From the NCBI GenBank assembly GCA_946965045.2, contig OX337229.1, positions 5,084,001 through 5,148,000 on the forward strand: a stretch of DNA of 64,000 bases. Reading direction: 5' to 3'. The notes under the pieces were generated by a model. The model was not told where the DNA came from. It worked only from the letters and a program-made list of their open reading frames with translations, and made no database searches. Source of the DNA: Epithemia pelagica. Lineage: Eukaryota; Protista; Bacillariophyta. The position numbers were made by a program, and so were the translations under genes. Shown here in pieces: positions 1-11,258 of the stretch; the first letter of the stretch is position 1; each line of letters opens with the position of its first letter.

Positions 1-4
1 TCCA

Positions 5-523
5 ATGTCGAAGAACGATACGATGGCGATTGTATGGCTAGGTATATGCAAAGTATGCTTTGTCATATTTGGTGCCGCAATGCATATTTGGTTGAACATT
101 TCAGACAAATGCGATATTGCGGAGCTTATGGGAGCTGTAACGTTCTGCTCTCGGACAGTATTGGCAATCATCGTGTCTCTGACAGGGATGCTTGTGGGTA
201 GTTTTGTCATCATCATCCGGTTTTTTCAAACAGTGAACAAATCGTATCGATGCGATCGAATTCAAGCTCATATTGAGATAATTCTTTCAAGCTTTTTACT
301 GTTGCTTTTCGCAGCCGCTGTTGCACTCATTACTGGTATTGGTGGGCCGGGTCAATCGGTTGGGGATCTCTATTACTCTACCTGGCTGTCGTTCGCTGTT
401 GCTCTGGGGATATTTGTGCACTGCTATGATCAAATCACACAAGCGGATGACGATGAGTCAAGGCATTCGAACATTGTAGAGAGAGCGCTTTCGGGTGAAG
501 ATCCTCAAAGCGTGTTGGTCTAA
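5..523 (+). CDS. Multi-pass membrane protein (MARVEL-like repeats), probably the 3' part of a gene starting before the window
   Basis: The 172-aa ORF has about 4 hydrophobic segments and the motif GDLYYSTWLSF followed by an acidic tail. The frame is open at the window edge. Confidence 0.55.
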   Translation: MSKNDTMAIVWLGICKVCFVIFGAAMHIWLNISDKCDIAELMGAVTFCSRTVLAIIVSLTGMLVGSFVIIIRFFQTVNKSYRCDRIQAHIEIILSSFLLLLFAAAVALITGIGGPGQSVGDLYYSTWLSFAVALGIFVHCYDQITQADDDESRHSNIVERALSGEDPQSVLV

Positions 524-836
524 CCTATAGAAAATCATGATAGGAGTATACAATTGCCGTACCTTCGAAGCTTTTGGTTTCGGCTAGCAAATCTACATCT
601 TACGTTTTTGTGAGAAAGAGGTGCGAGTTGGGGCCGTGCACTGTGCACGTGCACTGTTGCCGATCCTGCGATCACACAATTATGGATACACCGCTGACTT
701 CAGTCAGTGTGCCGGGGCGCTCGGTCGACCATCCCACAATTTTTCAGGCTCCAATCAGCCATCGAGATTGAGATTGAGCGTTGGCGAAGAAGACGACGGA
801 CGTTGAAAGTTGAAATCCATATCCAGAAACTCGACG

Positions 837-2696
837 ATGTCTTCCATGTACTATAAAGCCAGGGAAGATGGCCCAGTTGTAGTCCATGGGCAAGATGTTC
901 GCACCGATGGAGCCTTCAGCCAAGCATTATCCCCGGCGCAGACGCACAACATGCAGTCACCTCCATTGTCTGCGTCTCAATATCAGGCAGAAGAGCCTCC
1001 CCCGAGAGGCTGTCGAGATGCGATATTTGGGATTGCATTCTACGCTCATTTGGGTGTGATTGCATGGGCGGCCGCAACGTACACTCCAACCATGGCTCGA
1101 GACGTAGGGGAGGGCGTTGTGAACCACATGGATCAATGGGGTGGTCGACGTCGATTGAATGAAGAAGCCGACAACGACGGATTTAACATCAATTTTGACG
1201 CGGTTCATCTGACGATGATCACTGTGATCTCAGCCTTCCTGGCTTTTGTTTTGTCATCGTTTGCTCTCGGTTTGATGATTTCTTGCGCCCAACCACTCAT
1301 TAAGATGGCTCTTATATTCAATATCGTGCTTTCTGGAGTACTCATGGCCGTCTTCTTCGCCTCGGGTGCGATGCCGTTGGGAGTTTTCTTCTTGATCCTT
1401 TTTCTCATTGCATCATATTATGCATACAAAGTCTGGGCACGGGTGCCATATGCTGCTGCAAACCTGGTAACGGCAGTCACAGCAGTCCGTGCGAATATGG
1501 GGCTTGCCGTATATGCTTATTGGTCTGTGATCGTTCTTTTTCTTTGGAGTATTGTGTGGGCCTTATCCAGTTCTTCCACCATTTTCGTTACTGCTGGCTG
1601 CAACGCGGAGGGGGAATGTGAGAACTCAGTCAGTGGCATTCTAATATTCTTGTTCTTTCTATCGTATTATTGGACCACACAAGTAATTGCGAACGTCGTT
1701 CACGTTACAACGGCAGGAACTGTGGGAACATGGTGGTTCCATCCCACAGAGGCAAGGGGCTGTTGCTCGAAAGGTTAGTAGGTCCTTCTGCTAACTGCTT
1801 TTTACAGCAATGAGGTCTCAACTTGGCTCTGTATTGTTCGCGTTTCGTAGCGGTACGGGAATCCTACGGTCGAAGTTTGACCACGTCTTTTGGCTCAATC
1901 TGTCTCGGAAGTTTGCTTGTCGCAATCGTACAATCAATTAAGGAAATGGTCTATCAACTGAGAGACGCCGATGATTCAATTCTTTCATGTATCGCGGTTT
2001 GTATTCTAAGTTGCATCGGTAAGCACACTTCGCATCACCCGATAATGTATACTGTTTATATTTTGGTTCCTTATCATTGTTTTCTTTTACAGAGAGTCTG
2101 GTAAGCGTTTGCCAGAAACTGGAAGTTGACTCGTGTTGTCGGAATGCTTTGTCCTTACTTACCTTCAATTTTCGTGTCTACCTAGATCGAATACTTCAAC
2201 AAATGGGCGGTAAGCAATCTCATCCCAAACTACCCATATCACGATGGTACTTGCATCTCACCGCACTTTCTCCTACGTTTCTTTTCAGTTTGTTTATGTC
2301 GGTTTGTACGGATATAGTTTCATGGAAGCGGGCTCAAATGTCATGGGACTTTTCCGGACACGTGGCTGGACGACCATTATTGCCGATGTCATGATTGATA
2401 CTGTTCTTTTTATGCTTAGCCTTGGAGTTGCTTGCTTGATTGGTATACTCTCGTTGGTGATTGGTGCATCAATGCAAGTGAATGACGAAGCGACACTGTT
2501 ATCGGCGTTTCTCCTTGGGCTACTCATAGGATATGGTATATGTGCCACCTTGTTCTCGTTGGTCAGTAGCGGGGTGAACACTGTGATAGTCTGTTTCGCG
2601 GAAGCGCCCAATGAATTCCAGATGAACCACCCAGAACTTTCAGAGAGAATGCGAGCGTCGTGGCGTCAAGCATGGCCGAACGACTTCAGGTACTAA
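837..2696 (+). CDS. Choline transporter-like (CTL/SLC44/PNS1 family) membrane protein, 5 exons, ~514 aa
   Basis: Exons are 837-1773, 1851-2018, 2093-2100, 2186-2209 and 2289-2696 (1545 nt, in frame). All four introns are GT..AG. The spliced product has CTL motifs VHVTTAGTVGTWWF, TTSFGSICLGSL and CIESLIEYFNKWAFVYVGLYGYSF. Confidence 0.92.
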
Positions 2697-2989
2697 GGGC
2701 ACGTCTTGTTTTAATATTGATTTCATATGACGTCGTTGGTACTGTTTTAATCTATCTTAAAAGTGGTTCTCGAACTCCCCTCTACACGATGAAGGACATG
2801 ACTGCGGGTAGACTCCCACTCCTAGGAGTAGGTAGTCCGACTCCTATTCCAGTGGATGCTCCTTGGAGTAGTTAGCAAGGGTAGCTTCGTGGATTCTTCT
2901 CGCAGTCCAATCAGTGATCCAAGATGGATGCACACCACGAAATTTTTTGTCTCCGGAGAACACAAAACTCTAGAAAAAAACATCACAAC

Positions 2990-4324
2990 ATGTCGTCCTC
3001 AGACGAAACTAAGCAAGAATCACTCGCAAGTAGGGGACTCGTTCTCGACGAGAAAGAAGACCAGCTGCGACATGATATCCTTCAGCAGAAACCACTGGAT
3101 GCGGACAGCACAGTTTCAGCGAAGCCCCATATCCCCTCTGTTTCGGCATCGGCGGTTCTCGGAGAAGGCTCATCCATGCCAGCAGATGCAATGCAGTGCA
3201 AGGGATTCAAATTTGACGACGAAAACTCTTCTACCATTCTCGATTCCATGATGGAAAGCTTCATGACGACAGGTTTCCAAGCAACAAATCTCGCTCTGGC
3301 AGTGGCGCAAATTCGGGAAATGAGATCTTGGCGAATGTCAGACGTGCCATGGAAGGAAGGAGACGACGAGGCTCTGAAAACACCCAGTGTTCGACAGAGA
3401 ATCCGTGCAAGAATATTCTTAGGATACACAAGTAATCAGATATCTTGCGGCCAGCGTGAAGTGTTGCGGTTCTTGGTTAAGAACAAAATGGTCGATGTTA
3501 TCATAACAACAGCAGGCGGCATTGAGGAGGACATCATAAAATGCTTTCAACCCACATACATGGGAGACTTTAAGTACTCTGGGAAGGACCTTAGGAAGAA
3601 AGGGATTAATCGTATTGGGAATCTATTGGTTCCAAATAAGAACTATTGTGAATTTGAGGACTGGTTTTCCCCTCTGATTTCCAAGATGCACGATGAACAA
3701 GATGCCGCGGGTCTCAAATGGGCAAAGCAAATTGCTGCAATGGACTTGTCGTCCGATTTGGATGATTCGGTTCCGGCACGGTTTGTGTGGACACCATCGA
3801 AGGTCATCCATAGAATGGGAAAGGAGATAAACCATGAAGACAGTGTCCTGTATTGGGCTGCTGTCAACGATATTCCTGTGTTTTGTCCGGCTTTGACAGA
3901 TGGAAGTGTTGGTGATATGCTTTTCTTTCACAGTTACAAACGGCCCGGTTTTGTGCTCGACATTAACGAAGACATTCGTCGGATCAACGACTTGGCTGTG
4001 CGCAGTCACTGCACAGGGCAAATCATTCTTGGTGGTGGCCTAGTCAAGCACCACACATGCAATGCGAACCTGATGCGGAACGGCGCCGATTATTCAGTCT
4101 TTGTCAACACAGGGCAAGAATTCGACGGCAGCGACAGTGGTGCATCACCAGACGAAGCAATCTCGTGGGGCAAGATTCGCATAACTGCTAAACCCGTGAA
4201 GGTGACATGTGATGCTACGATTGCGTTTCCTCTCATCGTCAGTCAGACCTTCGCCAAGAATGTAGAGGAATGGAAAGAGGCCACAAGCGATACTGTTTGC
4301 TGGGTTGAAGACATCAATGAATAG
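2990..4324 (+). CDS. DHPS: Deoxyhypusine synthase
   Basis: Intronless ORF (open from 2924, likely start 2990). Motifs: TTGFQATNL, FLGYTSN, TTAGGIEEDIIKC, CPALTDGS, GGGLVKHH (active-site Lys), GSDSGASPDEAISWGK. Confidence 0.97.
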   Translation: MSSSDETKQESLASRGLVLDEKEDQLRHDILQQKPLDADSTVSAKPHIPSVSASAVLGEGSSMPADAMQCKGFKFDDENSSTILDSMMESFMTTGFQATNLALAVAQIREMRSWRMSDVPWKEGDDEALKTPSVRQRIRARIFLGYTSNQISCGQREVLRFLVKNKMVDVIITTAGGIEEDIIKCFQPTYMGDFKYSGKDLRKKGINRIGNLLVPNKNYCEFEDWFSPLISKMHDEQDAAGLKWAKQIAAMDLSSDLDDSVPARFVWTPSKVIHRMGKEINHEDSVLYWAAVNDIPVFCPALTDGSVGDMLFFHSYKRPGFVLDINEDIRRINDLAVRSHCTGQIILGGGLVKHHTCNANLMRNGADYSVFVNTGQEFDGSDSGASPDEAISWGKIRITAKPVKVTCDATIAFPLIVSQTFAKNVEEWKEATSDTVCWVEDINE

Positions 4325-4491
4325 CTCTTAAAATAGATGTTAAAAGCCCACCTTCGATTCCATAGATATTCTTTTAAAAAAAGATGTGATGCCAGGAGTC
4401 TCTCTATGATGTTGAGGGTCCGCAATCCGTTATCAACTTCGTAAACTCAGCCCTCCTTCTGGGCTCAACCGGTAACAGATGAAGCCAAGTT

Positions 4492-5824
4492 TTAAACACC
4501 GTCCCCGTCAGCAATCACGGTAACCTCCAGGGACAGTTCTTTCTGCTGCAGGCATGCTGGAACTGGACCGACCGAATTCGAGGACACATCCAGTGTTATT
4601 AGCTTGTTGAGGCAACAGAGTTCTTTTGGTATTTGTCCCTTGAGTCCATTATCACCTGCAGAAGAGTAACAGTGAATGTTAGGAAACGTATCAACAAAAC
4701 GTCTGATGCATACCAAGACGCACACACGTACGGAGATAGAGCCCAGTGACAGCCGCTCTGCCGTCCACCCGGGTGTCGCAGACAATGGTACCCGATCCCC
4801 ATAAACACACATCTGTATCATGGAACCACAAATACCCGTCACCCCACAGCTCTCCATCGGCTGAGAGATAGAGGACCATAAGGGCCCATCGTTCCAGAAG
4901 TTCCTCTGTCCCCATAGTCGAGTTGTTTCCCCATTCGACTACCAACTGATTGAATACTTGGTGTTGGATCGATTCCGTCTGAAGAACTTCGCGCATGTCG
5001 TTGTCTGCACAGGTTGCTAACTCTTCGTATACACTTTGTTGATCCTTTTCACTAATTTGTATCGGAAAAGTAGGTGACGGTGTCGGATATCGGGAAGGGC
5101 TTGGAGAGGGTGCCAAGGATGGAGAAAGCGTAGGGCTTGACGTGAAAGATGATTGACCAACCAGGCCATCAGAAACAGAACTCCTTGTGGTTGATGTTCT
5201 TTTCCGAAGAAGCGGAATAGACGCAATCGTGGCAATGCTTGCCAGCAAAAGCGAAATGAGAGCTGCGTACAGAAAAGTGTTTCGAGAACATCCTTTCCGT
5301 TTGGTGGGCATCGTATTTTCCAGTGTACTGGGATAGGTAGCTTCGCTTGCACTATTCGACATTTCCTCGGCATCAAGACTAGGTGCAGTAGGAGGAATCC
5401 ACCTACTTCCTTTGGCTGCGTTCACCAAGCTATTGTCAAACGATGATCCATTGCCACCACCCCAATCATCTTCATCAAATTCCCAATCGGACAGTGCAGA
5501 TGCCCCTGCGGAGGATCGCAAGCTGAACGGTGGGTCAATCTTGACGGACACGGGCGTAGAAGTAGTAGATACGGTTCCAGCCCTGGATGTGATTTCGGAT
5601 TGGAGATCTTCCCTCGAGTTTTCTGCAATGGAGTATAAGGACGCCTCTTCGACGTAAAATTGCGTCCTATACAGCGGAGTTTGCTGGGAGAGGGATGGCG
5701 GGAGATTCATCAGCGATGGTTCCTCCCTTCTCCCGCTTCCTGATAGACTGCTTGTGGAATGAGAGGGATTGTTTACCATGGTTCTATCTAGGAGTGGTAG
5801 GAGTTGGAAGTCGGGCTCATACAA
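4492..5824 (-). CDS. Single-pass membrane protein with a Ser/Thr-rich stalk and C-terminal LRR-N-cap/LRR (diatom L-domain-like family), ~418 aa
   Basis: Exons 5824-4732 and 4655-4492, with a 76-bp GT..AG intron. TM segment FLYAALISLLLASIATIASIPLL. Then ERWALMVLYLS..W..DTDVCLW..IVC, spliced into YLRDNGLKGQIPKELCCLNKLITLDVSSN. Confidence 0.75.
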
Positions 5825-6662
5825 GATGGAAATGGCTCAATGCTTACCAAGAAGCCACAGTTGATCCTGTTGTACCTCTCCTTGCCAGGTTTGCTGCCAA
5901 CCGCCCGCACCAATAGCGGGAAAACGACTCGGCGCGCGTTCATATGGCCATACTCTGGCGACCACGACCCACACACACATCCGAATCCTTCGCGTATCGG
6001 AATCAGATTCTCCATATCAGGTTCCCGATATGCAGTAAATCTCTCGCCATCAAAAGCTTCCGTAGATCTCCGTATTAGATCCTACACGCCTATATTTTCT
6101 CACTGTTGAATACTAATATGTGCTTATTCGTCATGAATCCAGTCTTGAGAAGTCCAAAATTTTCGGGGCTGGCGTACTCCCAATATAAGTACATAAAATA
6201 CTTAAATACGTATTTTCGGGGTTATTCGAACTGGCCCCCTAATTACGTGGAAACCCTCCGACGAGCATGTACAACCAAGAAGGTTCAAGGATTCTACAAC
6301 AACGATAGATCCAAAACAAACGATATGGCGACCGCTGCAGCTTCAGGACACGGCGACAATGACCAAAATCTTCGTCTCTCGTCTCTCTGTTGTGGTGGGA
6401 TTGTGCTGCTATAGGAGAACCTGAAACAAACAAAAGCGAGAAGCTGCTTGGGTTATCCGCAATTCTTGTCGCTCTCTTCGTCACCGTCAAGTTCATTGCG
6501 TTAAGAAGAAGAGGCCGGGAAAGGCAAGGGACGAAGAAAAGACTGATCATTCAAGAGTGACTAAACTCACTGTCGTGTTGGTCATCGGTTGTTGGCATTG
6601 GATTCTTGCACAACGGCCAAAAGTAACAAGGACCGTTTGATCAATTATTCCAATCTGCCATC

Positions 6663-8349
6663 ATGTCGTCTAGTATCAATGGAGTGGGTGGTGGAAGAGG
6701 GCGTCAAGCCATGTCTTCCATTGACTTTTATCGTCGGGTGCCCAAAGATTTGACCGAGGTTCGTTGTTCAAGAATATGCCGTGGGACCAACAAAACTAAA
6801 CTCAAGCTCCTATTCTCACGGTTCTACAAATTTTCTGTTCGTTGCTCATTGCTCTTCTTTTCTCCTGCACAATGAAACGTTTGCGAAACAAATGACTTAT
6901 TCGCGTTTGATTGAATCTCAAACCATCCGTTTTCATATGCTTGTTTCGTTGCGTTGTGGTTACTTTTGACAGGCCACTGCATTGGGCGCGATGATGAGTT
7001 TGTGTGCCATGGCCGTGATGGCAATTTTGTTTTTGAGTGAAACAGCTGCGTTTGCTCGAACGAAAATTACCACCAGCATTGCATTGGACGATACAGCCGA
7101 AGCCCAAATTCGCCTGAATTTCAACATTACTCTACTCGATTTGCACTGCGATTACGTATCGGTCGATGTTTGGGATGCCTTGGGGACGAACCGTCAGAAT
7201 GTGACCAAAAATGTAGACAAGTGGCAATTGGACGACACTGGCGCACGCCGTGTCTTTGCCGGACGCAATCGTGAATCCAGAGAGCTGCGTCACGAAGAAC
7301 ACGAGGAGATGGAACGATTGCAATTGGTGGAGGCAGCCCATGCAGTGGATCTGACCAAGGACAATTTCCAGCAGTTCTTGACCGATCACGAAATGGCCTT
7401 TGTCGATATGTTTGCTCCGTGGTGTGTCTGGTGTCAGCGGTTGGCTCCCACATGGGAGAAGTTTGCCGCTCAAGTCGCTGCTGAAAAGATGCCCATCGGA
7501 GTGGGGAAAATTGATTGCGTTGCGCAAGCAGATCTGTGCCGAGAACAAAAAATCATGGCCTTTCCGACCCTGCGATGGTATCACAATAAGGAAGCAGTCA
7601 TGCCTGATTACAAAATGGACAGGACGGTACAATCCCTGACTGCCTACGCCAAGAGAAAATTGGAAATGGATTCGAAATACAAGGAATGGTTTCAAGAAAA
7701 TGAGCACAAGGTGGAAGATGAAGAAAAGGAACGAAAACGACAATTGTACCAGCAACACCGACCCGAACATCCTGGATGTCAAGTTTCTGGCTTTCTCATG
7801 GTGAATCGTGTACCTGGCAATTTTCATTTGGAGGCCAAGTCGAAATCGCACAATCTTAATGCCGCCATGACCAACTTGAGTCATGTGGTGAATCATCTGA
7901 GTTTTGGTATACCTTTTAATGAACTGCAGCAAGATCGCAAAGCAAAACGAATCTTGAAGCAAGTACCAGCCGAACACAAGGAATTCTCCCCCATGGATGA
8001 TTCCGAGTACGTCACGAGACAGCATCATCAAGCGTTTCATCACTACATCAAAGTCGTTTCCACCCAGTTCAACATGGGAGGCGGCGGAACTCCAACAACA
8101 ACTGGTCACAATGATTTGCTAGCCTATCAATTCCTCGAACAATCGCAAATTGTCTATTACAGTGAAGTCAATGTCCCGGAAGCACGATTTTCCTATGATT
8201 TGAGTCCCATGAGTGTGGTGGTGGAAAAGCAATCTCGGAAATGGTACGATTACCTCACTAGTTTGTGTGCCATTATTGGAGGTACCTTCACTACCCTTGG
8301 TTTGATTGATGCCACATTGTACAAAGTCTTCAAGCCAAAGAAACTGTAG
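6663..8349 (+). CDS. PDI-C type protein (ERGIC_N + thioredoxin CxxC + COPII-coated ERV domain), ~490 aa
   Basis: Exons 6663-6758 and 6973-8349, intron GT..AG. Motifs: IDFYRRVPKDLTEAT, FAPWCVWCQRL, GCQVSGFLMVNRVPGNFH, FSYDLSPM, CAIIGGTFT. Confidence 0.93.
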
Positions 8350-9364
8350 ACTCAATACGTCACACCAAGAAGATTGTTCTTAGTAACTCTAAACCTGGCC
8401 AAGCAATCATCAAACCACGTTACAGCATTTCGTTCATCAAGCGACCATTTCATGAACGCTCACTGACACCAAAAAGTTTTTGGAACGGCACCATGAGACG
8501 AAACCACGTTGTATCAACAGCAACATACATGACACATACACTCTTCACCCACTTTCACATGAATGCACTCACATCAATCACAACAATCATATCCACGTTT
8601 AATCGGGTGACTCTTGCCAGGGGCTTGCGCGTGTGTCGAGACCATTGAAACAATCAAAGTCCTTTACACTGTCGTTTGGGAACGTTGCACCTCACATAGT
8701 CGAACGAAAGAGCTCCCTAATCATTTGCACACTTGAAAGTAGCAATAGTAGTATTTTTCCATGCAACTCTTAACGACAGTACGACTGGCCATGTTGTGTG
8801 GTGCTACATTTTGTGGACACAACTTTATGCTTCCTGAACCGGCATTTTGGGACCATTCTCTTTCTAGATCTCTAGAGCCCCTCTAAAGAACGTCCGACAC
8901 GGGAGGGATTCGAGAATTATTTGATCATGGGAGTTTTGAGAATTTGATGTGCCGCCGTCAGTCGCCTTTGATGAGGGGTGCTACTCACCCCGCTCTCTCA
9001 CTCGCCTATTTAGTGCATGTCCCGCATTTATTTGAAGAAAGTCCGCGACAGCGAGCGAGGTGGACCCGTCCAACGCTTGAACGGTATTCAACCACAAGCA
9101 AGACTGTACTCTTCGGAGTAGTCTTATTACGGGCAACTAGAGTATCCACGACTGGGAGGATGGACCTAAACCAGTCAAGTTGTGCGAGAATTTTAATTTA
9201 CTGTAGCTCGAAAAGTACTATCACTATCATTGGTCGGCGCACAGCGGTGGTTGGTCTGATCCTGCCTTTTCATGTATGTGTGTCTTTTTGTTCCGTGGGT
9301 TGGTTGAATGAACCCTCACTTTTTTCGTGAGACCTTGTTGCACCTCTTTGGGGTTTGATAGACC

Positions 9365-10360
9365 ATGCCGGACCACCATCATTCCAACCACAAGCAATGC
9401 ACTGCCATTTCTTCCTCCTGGCTGTGGTCGTCCAAAAAGAAAGCAGCGGCACAGAATCACGCGCGCAGCAAACACAAGAGAGACGGTTCGTTTCCCATGG
9501 AGGACGAGCTCGAGCAGAAATCACGGGTCGTCCACCACCAAGCTCCACCAAGGACAGAACCAATCGACACGGAAACACCACCATTCAGTCATGAAACCAA
9601 GCGCAGGATTCGATGCCATACTTCTTTTGCGCGAGCATTGACATCATCCTCTCCAGCATCCTTGTCCTTGTCGTCGTCCTCCAACTCTTCGTGTTCCACC
9701 ACCAGTACCACAAATTTGTCCTGGACCGATGGTGGTAATTCTCCCGTGCGACAGTCTCCGAGGTCTCGTCACTCGCTTCACACTACGTTGCATTCTCAAT
9801 CACAAGGAGTGCATCACCACCACAACGAAGCACCCCATTCTCCACTGCAAGTTGTGTTTGAACGGTTGCCCCTGCACGAACAAGAAGATGAATTGCAGTA
9901 TATTGTACAAAACTTGCAGCTCACATCCACCGCAAACAATACATCCTCCTCTACACCATGGGCTTGGGAAGGACCACGAGCCGACCAGGGGGACGAGGAG
10001 GAGCACTCCGTGTCGCGACCAACAAGAGGTTCACACCACTCGGGCCATGGAACGCGACGAAAATCACGTTCCAGGAGAGTGACACCACGAAGTGACCAAA
10101 GGACGGAATCACGGAGTACCCGAGGTCTAGAGCAAGAAGAAGATGAACCAGATGCGGTGGCTCTGGCCAATGCCGTGATTACCAACATGTCAGTGGTGGT
10201 ACAACAATCTATGCGGAAAAACCGACCGTGGAGACCATCATTGTCATCGTCAGCCTCTTCGTCCTCCACCTTTATGAATACCATGCATTGGGAACAGGAG
10301 TTGGACAAGGTATTGTCAGGCAATACGGGGGAGCGAACTCCCCCCTCGTCAACCATGTAG
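9365..10360 (+). CDS. Hypothetical Ser/His/Arg-rich low-complexity protein (start may be 9497)
   Basis: 331-aa ORF with no recognisable domain. Support is ORF length and composition only. Confidence 0.5.
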   Translation: MPDHHHSNHKQCTAISSSWLWSSKKKAAAQNHARSKHKRDGSFPMEDELEQKSRVVHHQAPPRTEPIDTETPPFSHETKRRIRCHTSFARALTSSSPASLSLSSSSNSSCSTTSTTNLSWTDGGNSPVRQSPRSRHSLHTTLHSQSQGVHHHHNEAPHSPLQVVFERLPLHEQEDELQYIVQNLQLTSTANNTSSSTPWAWEGPRADQGDEEEHSVSRPTRGSHHSGHGTRRKSRSRRVTPRSDQRTESRSTRGLEQEEDEPDAVALANAVITNMSVVVQQSMRKNRPWRPSLSSSASSSSTFMNTMHWEQELDKVLSGNTGERTPPSSTM

Positions 10361-11258
10361 GGACTGTAGGGACCAACCGATGCCATGTCTGTTTCACGAG
10401 ATAGGGCCTATTCTTGGAATTAAAACTCCCTCTTCAACCAATCTTTCTTCTGAAAGGCTATTTCAGTAGAACCCATGAATTTTTGTCGTTGTCGTTTTGT
10501 TTCTAGGAGAACTTCCGAGGAGTTCATGGTCTCTAGCTAGGGGAGATAGAGCTATCCCATACCCACATAGCAATATTAGTAGGAGGGTAGTCTTTGTCTT
10601 TCGTGTTTGGGGAGTCTTGCCGCCCACCCACGACCAAGACCAAGGGCCATTCGATAACGTATACAGCCCCACGCGACCCATTGCAGTCGCGTACGTATCA
10701 AGGATCAAGGCACAACATCTTGCGCGACAGACACAAAAGCAGCAGCTGGTACCATCTTCCGCAATTGCGGTTGTGGCACCAGGCTTCTCTTTTCGAGTAC
10801 GAACCCAATAAGGTGTGCCTTCTCCTCCAAGAAAACGAGCGGAAGAAGTGAAGTATCTGGACAATTGAGAGAGGAGAATAGAGAGCGGCTGTAGGCAACA
10901 ACAACACGCGAGGAGGAGAGAAACGATACCACCCTCTGCTACCAAGTTTCATCTATTGTGTATCACTGCCAACGTGTGGCTCCGGATCATTTTGTTTTTC
11001 TCGCCTCTTGTTGTGAGGCGAAAACGACTGTTCTTTTTTCTGAAGGGGCATTTCCATTGGATTCTCATCGACTCCATACCTAACAAAAGCTCCAAAAGAA
11101 TCTATCCAACATCGGAAGTCACCTCCGTTTCTTCAAGTCGTTTGTCTCCCTGATCATTTGTTGTCGGTCTTTCTGCTTTAATTCTTTTTGTCGTGCCTTC
11201 ACAGTCTCCTGTTCGACTTTTCTTGAGAGAGTCATTTAATAATTAACATACTTGGACC

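Noticed and set aside
6363-6560. Small TM-plus-basic-tail reading frame (..KLLGLSAILVALFVTVKFIALRRRGR..)
   Set aside because: There is an in-frame stop at 6360-6362, no ATG, and no convincing splice donor to supply a start.
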